A DNA stretch of 20,000 nucleotides from assembly GCF_004010195.1 (NCBI RefSeq), contig NC_057749.1, forward strand, positions 20,388,296-20,408,295, in the 5' to 3' direction. The position numbers and the translations under genes were made by a program. The notes under the pieces were generated by a model. That model made no database searches. It saw only the letters and a program-made list of their open reading frames with translations, and was not told the origin of the DNA. The number at the start of each line of letters is the position of its first letter. Within the stretch, counting starts at the first letter, position 1. This document shows, in pieces, positions 1 to 10,796 of this stretch. The DNA comes from Chiloscyllium plagiosum. Its lineage: Eukaryota.

Positions 1-116
1 CTCTGGGAAAGAGGAGAGGACTGCAGATGAGCGGGGGAAGAGACAGCAGCAGGGAAGGAGGATGGAAGTGAAGGGGATGGAGATGTTCTGGAGGAGATTA
101 GCAGAAGGACACTTAC

Positions 117-229
117 TGACTCATCTTGATTCGGTTGCGACAGCCTTGACCTCCCTCCCAGTGACTGGAGTGGAAGCCTTTTGTCATTATGGCTCTGCAG
201 GAAATGCAGGGCTTCCCGTTGCTGTACGG
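117..229 (-). CDS. Coding exon E: PYSNGKPCISCRAIMTKGFHSSHWEGGQGCRNRIKMS(Q/H)
   Basis: Acceptor ctccctctttccag|CCG and donor CA|gtaagt. Length 113 nt = 37 codons + 2. Contains the last CxxC of the CHY finger and the HWEGGxGCR motif. Confidence 0.93.
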
Positions 230-481
230 CTGGAAAGAGGGAGCCCGAAATTAACCTGATGCTAATCAGGGCACCTTTCACACACGCAAACCCAATAGCT
301 CAGTTATCAGTTACACTGACTGACACAACCTTAACACCAAACAAAATACATAGTGTCAAAGTGATCAATATAATCCAGGAGGAAAAAAAATCACAAATTT
401 CACTTGGCCGCTATGAAGTTAAAATGCTCCTATTTATAACCTGGATCCCCCCCACCACCGAGTATGAAGCTGAGTCATTAT

Positions 482-770
482 AGTAATGGTACCAAACTGC
501 TACAGCTAATTTACAAACAGCGAACTCTCTCTAACAGCAGTGGCTTCAGTGACACTGGCTGACAGATAAATCTGCTGCCAGGATGTATCTTTAAATTGGG
601 TTAGATGATACTTCTGTTTAATGTAACAGTGACCTCCTAATAGTGCACTCTCTCAGTACCACAGTGGAGCATTAGCCAATAGTGAGTACTCGGGCCCGTG
701 TGGTGGAACTCGAACTGACAGCCATGTGATTCAGGAGGGTATGCAATGATCCACTGAGGCATGGCCGACA
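482..770 (-). mobile_element. Degenerate tRNA-derived Deu-domain SINE (SacSINE1-like)
   Basis: The minus strand begins tgtcggccatgcctcagtgg (A-box-like) and has B-box gttcgagttcc (705-715). It continues gtactgagagagtgcact...aggt and ends gctgtttgtaaattagctg, resembling the Deu-SINE body as recalled. Confidence 0.6.
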
Positions 771-1099
771 CTAAATCACTCACCGAGTGTGACCAGCAAC
801 CAGCTTTCAGGAGCTCCTCACACATCTCCCTCCCTGCAGAATAGTACACAACCTCTGGAGAGCTGCTTCCTGTGAAGGGACACTGATTTCAGGCTGGAGG
901 TTGGAGGGGGAAAGAGAATTTAGGGTCGAATTCTTTCTAGCCACAGTGATGTCGTGGTAATGTCACAGGACTGGTAATCCAGAACCCCAAGTTAATGTTT
1001 AGGGGCATGGATCTGAATTGCACTGTGGCAGATGGTGAAATTTCCACTCAATAAAGAAAATGTGGAACAAAGATGTCGAACATATCACCACCTCAGTTA

Positions 1100-1435
1100 G
1101 ACCATAAGATATATAAGTGGAATTAGGCCATTCAGCCCATCGGGTCTGCTCCACCATTCAATCATGGCTGATAGGTTTCTCCAGCCCATTCTCCCGTCTC
1201 CTCCCCATATCCCTTTATCCCCTTACTAAAGGGGAACCTATTAGTGTCTTAAAGACACTCAATGGCTTGGCATCCACAGCCCTCTGCAGCAACAAATTCC
1301 ACAAATTCACCATCCCCTGGGTTGAAGAAATCTCTCATCTCAGTTCTAAAGAGTCATCCCTTCACTCACGTCTTAGTCTCTCCTACTGGCGGAAACATCT
1401 TCTCCATGTCCACACTATCAAGGCCTCTCAGTATC
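1100..1435 (-). mobile_element. CR1-type LINE 3' fragment
   Basis: gaccataagatat...ggccattcagcccatcgggtctgctccaccattcaatcatggctgat is the reverse complement of a CR1 3' UTR, followed by a decayed ORF2 C-terminus. Confidence 0.8.
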
Positions 1436-1473
1436 CCCCCCCCCGCGCCTCAAACTACAACGGTAATGTCCTT

Positions 1474-1618
1474 TAGAGTCATAGAGATGTACAGCATGGA
1501 AACAGGCCCTTCAGTCCAACCTGTCCACACCGTTCAGGTATCCCAACCCAATCTACTCCCACCTGCCAGCATCCGGCCCATATCCCTCCAAACCCTTCCT
1601 ATTCATATACCCATCCAA
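1474..1618 (-). mobile_element. CR1/HER1-type LINE 3' terminal fragment
   Basis: tagagtcatagagatgtacagcatggaaacaggccctt...atacccatcc is closely similar to the 3' end of the copy at 8922-9060. Confidence 0.85.
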
Positions 1619-1789
1619 GGAAATCTGCTGTTTTTAGCTGGTCTGACCTAAATGGGATTTCACACCCACAGCAACGTGGTCAACTTAACTGCTCTCTGGG
1701 CAATAAATGCTGGCCTAGCCAGTGATGCTCATACCCTCCAGCTAACTCCTCAAATTCTCTCCCTCCAGCAGAGGAGATCGCCTGCTCAC

Positions 1790-1901
1790 CTGCTCCTTTG
1801 CACAGTACCCACAGATCATTCGATTGGCCATCTCCATCACATGGTCTTGGTCATCGTCATGGCACACATCGCATGGATACGCTCTACCACAGCATGGAAA
1901 T
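1790..1901 (-). CDS. Coding exon D (CHY zinc finger core): (R)FPCCGRAYPCDVCHDDDQDHVMEMANRMICGYCAKEQ
   Basis: Acceptor ctgactggtttcag|A and donor CAG|gtgagc. Length 112 nt = 1 + 37 codons. CC-x5-CxxCH-x5-H...CxxC matches the zf-CHY pattern. Phase 2 in, phase 0 out. Confidence 0.95.
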
Positions 1902-2659
1902 CTGAAACCAGTCAGCACAAAGGATCAGCCGTATAGAATCGCTAAGCGAGATCAGAGGGCAGGCATATACAACCACCCTGCTTACCACACGTTCTGAGCT
2001 CCCCAACCCCAGCGATGCAGGCAAACTTCAAGAAACATTGCTGCAATGTGATGGGGCTCCATTTTAAGCATTTGTACCCTCCAGCTAGTGGATTCAACTG
2101 AAATTCTGTCTCTCCAGCAGAAGAGATCGTCAGTCTCTCTGTTGGAGCTAATTTGAGGCCAACCTTCAGTAGAATGGCAGCCACTAAAAACAGATTAAAA
2201 AGAGCTCAACACCCGAGCAACTGAAGACATGACCACCAATGATGGAGATTAGAATCTAGAACGTTCAAGAATTCGAAGAGTGCAGACATCTCCAAAAGTG
2301 TGAGGCGCAGGGAGATCAGAAATGGGAGCAGCCAGTCCACAGACAGCTCTTTTCTTGTCTAGGAATCAGTTTGGGTCAGCAGGCTCGGGTGGCAAGGCTG
2401 TACAGAACTTAGTGCAAGTGCTGCAGAGATTTGAACATCCTCACATTTAGAGAGGGTAAAATGTAGAAGACTCGGCAGGAGCACTTGCTACCTCGCGATT
2501 TGACTAATCCAAAAGCACGACAATAGACAACAGGTGCAGGAGTAGGCCATTCAGTCCTTCAAGCCAGCTTCTCCCTCATAGCTCCATAGTTCCCTTTGTT
2601 CAACCGAAATATTGTCACTTCCGATTGTACCCTCTCCCTTTCAAACTGCAGATTAAAGC

Positions 2660-3745
2660 TTATTGTACTCAGATTTCCAAAAGGCATTTGATAAGGTGCC
2701 ACATTGAAGGATATGGGAAATTCCCAGTGGAGCAGGTAACATACTAGCCTGGATAGAAGATCGACTGGATAAGAAGAAACAGAAAGAAGGTTTCACTCGA
2801 TTATTTTCTGGTTTCAGATTAACACATTTTACACTACAGGGATCAGTTCGGGGAACTCAACTTTTTTATAATTTACATCAATGATGTCAATGAAGAAGTA
2901 AAATGTACAGTTCCTAAATTTGCCGATGACACAAAGATAGGAAAGGAAGTGAGAAGTGGACGTAGAGTCTGTTCAAAACAATAGGCACAGATCTGGAAAA
3001 CGAGGAATAACGTGGAAAAATGTGAAACTGTCAATTTTGGCAGAAAAATTGAAAAAGCATATTATCTGAATGCTGAGATTATACAGCTTTGAGATGCAGA
3101 GGGATTTGGGTGTCCTAAAAAAAAAGGGTTAGTATACAGATGGTGCATCTAATTAGGAAAGCTAATAGAATGGTGGAATAGCATTGTTTGTTGCAAGGGA
3201 AATCAAGTACAAAAGGAGAAGGTTATGCATCAGTTATACAGGCGCTGGTCAGACTACATCTCAAGTACTCCAAATGCCTGAAAAGGCATTCAAAGTTTAC
3301 TAGACTAATACCTGGAATAGGCAGCCTGTCTTATGAGTAAAGGTTTTCCAGGCAAGGCCTGGAGTTTACAGCAAAAGGTCGCTTGATTTGAAATATATAA
3401 AATCTTGAGGGGGCCCTGACAAGGGGGAGAGGAATTTAATCTCGTGAGAGACTCTTGAACACAGAGTCTCTATTCAAATTGAACACATAGTCACTTTAAA
3501 AGTTAGGGATTAGCCATTTAAAGCAATGAGGAAAACATTTTCTCTTAGAGGGTTGAGAGTCTATGGAACTCTTTTCCCGAAAAGATAGCTTTCCGAACAT
3601 TTTTAAGGCAATGTTGGATAAGCAAGGGGTGAAAGGTTACCAAGGTTAGGCAGGAATGTAAAGTTTTCAGTCAGAAATGATCTTACTTAAATGACAAAAC
3701 TGCCTTGAGGGACCAAGATAGACTATTCCTGCTCCTAATTCACAA
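2660..3745 (+). mobile_element. Old CR1 LINE remnant (RT domain to 3' UTR), heavily mutated
   Basis: Decayed RT motifs DFQKAFDKVPH (~2670-2703), QGSV..QLFIIYIND (~2838-2885) and KFADDTKIG (~2916-2942). 3' UTR ends ctattcctgctcctaatt. Confidence 0.85.
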
Positions 3746-3749
3746 GTTT

Positions 3750-4135
3750 AAATGACAGGGATGGTGCCAGGCAATGTCAGGGATGGAGAAGCGGGCAGTC
3801 TTAGAGATAACACAAGTGTGTGGCTGAAAATTAATTTCACAGTCAAGAACACCACAAAAGCTTGTCAAACAGTCTGGGTCAATCTCAAACAGTTGCTATG
3901 GAGATCGATGGAGTCAGTAACTAGGGAACAGGGCTCATGGCAGTGAATGAGAGCTCTGGCTCTGCTCGTCTTAACATTTAATTGGAGGAACTTACTGACT
4001 GATATTCTGTACTGGATGATCAAACAATTTAGCAACAATGAACTATTTGAAAGAGAGTGACAGTGTGAGAGAGCTGGGTGCTGTTCATATACAAGTGGAA
4101 ACTAATATTATGCTTTCAGATAATGTCACTGAAGA
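3750..4135 (-). mobile_element. Old L2-like LINE RT remnant
   Basis: The minus strand ttccacttgtatatgaacagcacccagctc reads FHLYMNSTQL, a decayed FHxYADDTQL of L2 RT. Confidence 0.55.
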
Positions 4136-4139
4136 GTAA

Positions 4140-4460
4140 ATAATGCAAGAGACACAAAATAGAGAATTATAGGCCAGTTGGCATCATGTCAGCAGCGCTG
4201 GAAAATCCAGCATCTATTATGAGACATGTAGAATCAGGGAACTTGACAATCATGGCATGGTTCACTCAACACAGCATATCATGATTGACAAATCTGCTAA
4301 GTGGGAGAGCAAATCATGGGGAAATCCAGTGCATTTGGATTTTCAAAAAGAATTAGATGAAAGGGTCACGCAAGAAGCTATTATAATAAATGCTTATGGA
4401 TCATGTGGTAACATTATCAAGGAATGAGATGACTCATAGGCAGAAGAGAATAGAATGGCA
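4140..4460 (+). mobile_element. Old CR1 RT N-terminal remnant
   Basis: gagaattataggccagtt (ENYRPV) and catttggattttcaaaaa (HLDFQK). Confidence 0.65.
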
Positions 4461-4499
4461 GGTTGGAGTTTCTTAAATTTGTTCAGGAAATGACCCATC

Positions 4500-4720
4500 C
4501 CCAAGTTCTCTCACGAAAGGTGAGCTTCGAGCAAGCTCCCCTCAGAGCCATACACAATCCTGAATTGGAACAACATGGTTGTTTCTTCACCGCCACTAGT
4601 GAAAATTCCTTCATAAAAGCACCTACACCACACGGACTATAGCAGCACATCACTTCTGCAGAATATTTAGGGACGGGTGATAAATGCTGACCTGCCAGTG
4701 GTGCCTAATTCCTGTGAAAG
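4500..4720 (+). mobile_element. 3' end of a LINE family sharing its tail with the split SINE
   Basis: Similar to 17700-17876 plus 18228-18258: caagctcccctcagagcca...cctgaattggaa...cctacaccacacggact...tagggacgggtgataaatgctgacctgccag. Confidence 0.6.
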
Positions 4721-4852
4721 AAAAGGAAGTCCGAAACAAGTCCAAAGAGAACAATAAAACCATGGGCAGTGGTCATTTCTCTGTAATTGTCGATTATTCG
4801 ATTTACTGAATTACTGACAATAGATTTACTGAAATCTAAAAGTTACAACAGT

Positions 4853-7800
4853 AAAACATAGAACATTCCAGCGCAGTACAGGCCCTTTGGCCCTCGATGT
4901 TGCACCGACCTGTGAAATCAGTCTGAAGCCCATCTAACCTACACTATTCATTATCATCCAATGACCATTTAATTGCACTTAAAGTTGGCGAGTCCACTAC
5001 TGTTGCAGGCAGTGCGTTCCACACCCTTACTACTGAGTAAAGAACCTACCTCGGACATCTGTCCTATATCTATCACCCCTCAATTTAAAGTTATGTCCCC
5101 TCATGCTAACCATCACCATCAGAGGAAAAAGACTCCAACTATCCACCCTATCTAACCCTCTGATTATCTTATATGTCTCATTAAGTCACCTCGTAACCAC
5201 CTCCCTAACTAAACGGCCTCAAATCCCTCAGCCTTTCCTCATAAGACCTTCCCTCCGCACCAGGTAAAAACAATGACTGCAGATGCTGAAAACCAGATTC
5301 CGGAATAGAGTGGTGCTGGAAAAGCACAGCAGTTTCCAGTTCAGGAAACAGGAAAATTGACGTTTCGGGTAAAAGCCCTTCATCAGGAATACAGGCAGAG
5401 TGCCTGAAGGGTGGAGAGATAAATGAGAGGAGGGCCTCCGCACCAGGCAACCTTCCCTCCTAGTAAATCTCTTCTGCATCCTTTCCAATACTTCCACATC
5501 CTTCCTATAATGCAGTGACCAGAACTGTACGCAATACACCAAGTGCGGCCACACCAGAGTTTTGTACAGCTGCAACATAACCTCATGGCTCCAAAACTCA
5601 ATCCCTCTACCAGTAAAAGTTAATACACTATATGCATTATTAACAACTTTACCAATCTGGATGTCAACTTTCAGGGATTGTGCACATGGACACTGATATC
5701 TCTGTTTATCTACACCACCAAGAATCTTACTATTAGCTCAGGACTCTGTATTCCTGTTACTCCTTCCAAAGTGAATCACCTCACACTTTTCCACATTAAA
5801 CTCCATTTGCCACCTCTCAGCCCAGCACTGCAGCTTATCTATGTCCCTCTGTAACCTGCAGCATCCTTCCACACTATCCACAACTCCACCGACCTTAGTG
5901 TCATCCGCAAATTTACTACCCCATCCTTCTACGCGCTCATTCAGGTCATTTATAAACATGACAAACAGCAGTGACCCCAAAACAGGCATTGCGGTACACC
6001 ACTAGTAATTGAACTCCAGGATGAACATTTCCCATCAACCACCACCCTCTGCCTTCTTTCAGCTAGCCAATGTCTGATCCAAACCGCTAAATCAGCCTTT
6101 GTATTTTGTGCAATAGCCTACTGAGGGGAACCTTGTCAAATGCCTTACTGAAATCCATATACACCACATCAACCACTTTACCCTCATCCACCTGTTTGGT
6201 CACCTTCTCAAAGAAGTCAGTAAGGGTTGTGAGGCACGATCTACCCTTCACAAAACTGTGCTGACTATTCCTAATCGAATTATTCCTCTCTGGACAATTA
6301 TAAATCCTCTATCTTATAATCCTTTCCAACACTTTACCCAGAACTGAAGTAAAGCTCACTGGTCTATAATTCCTAGGGTTGTCTCTACTCCCCTTCTTGA
6401 ACAAGGGAACAACATTTGCTATCCTCCAGTATTCTGGCACTATTCCTGTAGACAATGACAACATAAAGATCAAAGCCAAAGATTCTGCAGTGTCCTCCCT
6501 GGCTTCCCTGAGAAACCTATGATAAATCCCATCAGGCCTGGGGATTTATCTATTTTCACACTTTCCAGAATTGCTAACACCTCCTCCTTATGAACCTCAA
6601 TCCCGTCTAGTCTAATAGCTGGATCTCAGTATTCTCCTCGACAACGTTGTCTTTCTCGTGCGTGAATACTGATGAAAAATATTTATTTAGCACCTCTCCT
6701 ATCTCATTGGACTCCACACATAACGTCTCACTACTGTCCTTGACTGGCCCTAATCTTACTCTTGTCATTCTTTCATTCCTGATATACCGATAGAAAGCTT
6801 TAGGGTTTTCCTTGACCCTACCTGCCAAAGTCTTCTCATGTCCCCTCTCTTAGCTCTCTCTTTAGGTCTTTCCTGGCTAACTTGTATCTCTAATAAGCCT
6901 TCACGTCTCATCCGAACATAAGCCTCCTTCTTCCTCTTGACAAGAGATTCAACTTCTTTAGTAAACCACGGTTCCCTTGCTCGCCCACTTGTCTCACAGG
7001 TACACATTTATAAAGGACACACAGTAGCTGTTCCTTAAACAAGTTCCACATTTCATTGTGCCCATCCCCTGCAGCTTCCTCTCCCATCCTATGCATCCTA
7101 AATCTTGCTTAATCGACTCATAAGTGCCTTTCCCCCAGCTATAACTCTTGCCCTGTGGTATATACCTAACTCTTTCCATCAGTAAAGTAAACGTAACCGA
7201 ATTGTGGTCACTATCACCAAAGTGCTCACTGAGCTCCAAATCTAACACATGACCGGGTTCATTACCCAATACCAAATCCAATGTGGCCTTGCCTCTTGTT
7301 GGTTTGTCCACATACTGTGTCACGAAACCCTCCTGCACACAATGGACAAAAAAATGACCCATCTATAGTACCCAACTATAGCGTTTCCAGTCAACATTTG
7401 GAAAGTTAAAGGCCCCTATAACAAAGACCCTGCTACTTTCGCTCCTATCCAGAATCATCTTTGATATCCTTTCCTTTACATCTCTAGGACTTTTTGGAGG
7501 TCTATAGAAAACTCCGAAAAGGTTAACCTCAGCAGGCAAGTCCTTCTCAAAGTCCTTTCTGCCACCATAATATTGTCCTTGACCAACAATGCCACCCCTC
7601 CCCTTCTTTTACCACCATCTAAACCCCGGAACCTGCAACAACCATTCCTGTCCCTGCTCTCCCCATGTCTCCAAAATGGCCACAACATCAAAGTCCCAAG
7701 TACCAGCCCGTGCCGCAAGTTCACCTACCTTATTCTAGATGCTCCTGGCGTTGAAGTAGACACACTTCAAACCAACTTTCTGCCTACAATCCTGCGATCT

Positions 7801-7900
7801 TGAAACCTTATTTCTGACCTCACTACCCTCAACCTCTTGTACACTGGAGCTATATTTAGGTTCCCACGCCCCTGCTGAATTAGTTTAAACCCTCCCAAGG
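4853..7900 (-). mobile_element. CR1 LINE spanning most of ORF2 (APE endonuclease + RT) and the 3' UTR; pseudogenised
   Basis: Endonuclease remnants GGGVALLVKD and TLDLVLGNEP...HFGDSDHNSV; linker KENPKAFYRYI and LNKYFSSVFT; RT LGSLLFVMFINDL, SKFADDTKVGG, WQMEFNVEKC and LYKTLVWPHLVYCVQFWS. Many frameshifts. 3' UTR ends ctatgtttt at ~4853. Confidence 0.95.
5265..5434 (-). mobile_element. 170-bp Penelope-like terminal fragment inserted in CR1, flanked by a 13-bp target-site duplication
   Basis: cctccgcaccagg occurs at 5252-5264 and 5435-5447. The insert is unrelated to CR1 and contains CTGATGA-A-GGG-CTTTTA-CCC-GAAAC-GTC on the minus strand. Confidence 0.75.
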
Positions 7901-7923
7901 TGCATTAGCAGTAGTAGGTCTTT

Positions 7924-8921
7924 CATAGAACAAAGAACAGTACAGGCCCTTTGGCCCTTGATGTTGTGCCATACTTTTATCCTACTCCAAGATCAAGCTA
8001 ACCTATATACCCTACATTTTACTATCATCCATGTGCCTATCCAAGAGTCGCTTAAATGTCCCTAATGTATCTAACCCTACCACCACCGCAGGCATTTCAC
8101 ACACCCACCACTCTGTGTAAAGAACCTACCTCTGACATCTCCCCTAAACCTTTCTCCAATCACCTTAAAATTATGGCCCCTCATGATAGCCATTTCCACC
8201 TTGGAAAAAAGTCTTCTATCTATGCATCTCATCACCTTGTACACCTCTATCAAGTCACCTCTCATCCTTCTTCACTCCAATGAGAAAAGCCCTAGCTCCC
8301 TCAACCTTTCTTCATAAGACACACCCTCCAGTCCAGACAGCACCCTGGTAAATCTCCTCTGCACCCTCTCTAAAGCTTCCACATCCTTCCTATAATGAGG
8401 CAATTAGACTTGAACACAATATTCCAAGTGTGGTCTGACCAGGGTTCTATAGAGCTGCAGCATAACCTTGCGACTCTTAAACTCAATCCCCCTGCTAATG
8501 AAAGCCAACACACCATGCACCGTCTTAACAACCCTATCAACTTGGGTGGCAACTTAGAAGGATCTGTTGACATGGAACCCAAGATCCCTCTGTTCCTCCA
8601 TACGGCCAGGAATTCTGCCTTTAACCCTGTATTCAGCATTCAAATTCCACTTCCCAAAATTAATCACTTTACACTTCTCCAGATTCAACACCATCTGCCA
8701 TTCTCAGCCCAACTCTGCATCCTGTCAATGTCCCATTGCAATCTACAACAGCCCTCCACACTATCCATCACCACACCAACCTTCGCATCATCGGCAAACT
8801 TACCAACCCACTCTTCCACTTCCTCAATCTCATCCAAATCATTTATGAAAATCACAAAGAGCAGAGGTCCCTGTGGAACATTACTGGTCACTGAACTCGA
8901 GGCTGAAAACTTTCCATCTAC
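7924..8921 (-). mobile_element. CR1 LINE copy 2, 3' part (continues at 10291-10795)
   Basis: 3' UTR like that at 4853. Motifs RGDLIEVYK, GKFADDAKVG and VPQGPLLFVIFINDL. Breaks off at tttccatctac. Confidence 0.92.
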
Positions 8922-10290
8922 TAGAGTCATAGAGATATACAGCATGGAAATAGACCCTTTGTCCAACCCATCCATGCCAACCAGATATCCCAACCCAATC
9001 TAGCCCCACCTGCCAGCACCCAGCCGAGATCCCTCCAAACCCTTCCTATTCATATATCCAGCTCATTCCATACACATATCACCCCCTGCATGAAAAAGTT
9101 GCCCTTTCGGTCTCTTTTATATCTTTCCCCTCTCATCCTAAACCTATGCCCTCCCTATGCCCCCCCAAACTTTGTCTATTTATCCTATCAATGCCCCTCA
9201 TGATTCTATAGACCTGTATAAGGTCACCCCTCAGCCTCCGATGCTCCAGGGAAAACAGCCCCAGCCTGTTCAGCCTCTCTCTATAGCTCCAACCCTGGCA
9301 ACATCCTTGTAAGTCTTTTCTGAACCCTTTCAAGTTTCACAATATCTTTCCGATAGGAAGGAGACCAGAACTGCACGCAATATTCCAACAGTGGCCTAAC
9401 CAATGTCCTGTACAGCTGCAACATGACCTCTCAACTCCTGTACTCAATACTTTGACCAATAAAGGAAAGCATACCAAATGCCGCCTTCACTATCCTATCT
9501 ACCTGCGACTCCACTTTCAAGGAGCTATGAACCTGCAGTCCAAGGTATCTTAGTTCAACAGCACTCCCTAGAACCTTACCATTAAGTGTATAAGTCCTGC
9601 TAAGATTTGCTTTCCCAAATGCATACCTCACATTTATCTGAATTAAACTCCATCTGCCACTCCTCAGCCCATTGGTCCATCTGGTCCAGGTCCCATTGTA
9701 CTCTGAGGTAACCTTCTTCGCTGTCCACTACACCTCCAATTTTGGTGTCAACAGCAAACTTACTAACTATACCTCTTATGCCCACATCCAAATCATTTAT
9801 ATAAATGATGAAAAGTAGTGGACCCAACACCGATCCTTGTGGCACTCCACTGGTCACAGGCCTCCAGTCTTCTACCCTTTGAGCCAGTTCTGTATCCAAA
9901 TGGCTAGTTCTCCCTGTATTCGAGTATAAGCCAGACCCGTTGTAAGATGAGACCTGGTTTTGGCGACGCTGCGGGGAATAAAAAGCTGAAGCATATTCTA
10001 GCAGACTCGCCTCTTGGTCGTTTGTTCTGTGTCAGACTACTCTCCTACGAACCTGACCTTGAGAATTTTTTAAAACACATGCACAAAGCCATGTTGACTA
10101 CCTCTAATCAGTCCTTGCCTTTCCAAATACATGTACATCCTGTCCCTCAGGATTCCCTCCAACAAATTGCCCACCACTGAGGTCAGGCTCACTGGTGTAT
10201 AATTCCCTGGCTTGTCCTTACCACCTTTCTTAAACAGTAGCACCACATTAGCCAAGCTCCAGTCTTCCGGCACCTCATCTGTGACTATGA
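8922..10290 (-). mobile_element. CR1/HER1-type LINE copy 3, 5'-truncated and nested inside copy 2
   Basis: Has its own 3' tail tagagtcatagag. Motifs SGVPQGSVLGPLLFIIYINDL, SKFAVDTKIGG and EVPEDW..ANVV..FKKG.KDKPGNY.PVSLTSVVG. Confidence 0.92.
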
Positions 10291-10795
10291 CCCTCTGTCT
10301 TCTATGGGCCAATTAATTCTGTATCCAGACAGCCAAATTTCCCTGTATCCCATGCCTCCTTACTTTCTGAATGAGCCTCCTACCATGGAGAACCTTATCA
10401 AACACCTTGTTGATATTCATAATCACCACATCGACTGCTCTACCTTCATCAATGTGTTATGTCATATCCTCAAAGAATTCAATAAGGCTTGAGAGACATA
10501 ACATTGAACAAGGAAATAACATTTGCCACCCTCCAATTATTTGAGACTACTTCAGTGGACAGTGATGACGCAAAGATCATTGCTAAAGATGCGGTAATCT
10601 CTTCCCTCATGTCCCAAAATAACCTTGGGTATATCACGTCTGGCCCAGGGGACTTATCTATTCTCATGTTTTTCAAAGTTGCCAGCCCATCCTCCTCCTT
10701 AACATCAACCCTGTTTGAGCATATCAGCCTGTTTCAGGCCATCCTTACATAAGACAAGGTCCCTTTCACTAGTGAATACAGAAGCAAAGTATTCA
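10291..10795 (-). mobile_element. CR1 LINE copy 2, 5' part (internally deleted)
   Basis: Resumes with ccctctgtcttctatgggcc; the uninterrupted copy at 6028-6058 reads tttcccatcaaccaccaccctctgccttct. Encodes IDKSPGPDVIYPRLF..REEI. Confidence 0.85.
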
Positions 10796-10796
10796 A

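Larger units (their letters stand above)
945..1740 (+). mobile_element. tRNA-derived SINE split in two (head ~945-1075, tail ~1619-1740) by later CR1 insertions
   Basis: Head gtcgtggtaatgtcacaggactggtaatccaga...ggcagatggtgaaattt and tail ggaaatctgc...gggcaataaatgctggcctagccagtgatgctcata. The tail matches the LINE 3' ends at ~4670-4715, ~11290-11335 and ~18228-18258. Confidence 0.6.

Noticed and set aside
62..483. Plus-strand ORFs 62-259 and 181-483
   Set aside because: They are antisense to exon E and have no recognisable protein features.
8395..9003. Longest ORF in the track (202 aa, + strand)
   Set aside because: It is the antisense shadow of CR1 ORF2 and runs across the junction of two nested elements.
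4853..10795. Functional reverse transcriptase, retron or prokaryotic RT system
   Set aside because: The motifs are CR1-type non-LTR APE/RT and every copy has multiple frameshifts, stops or deletions.
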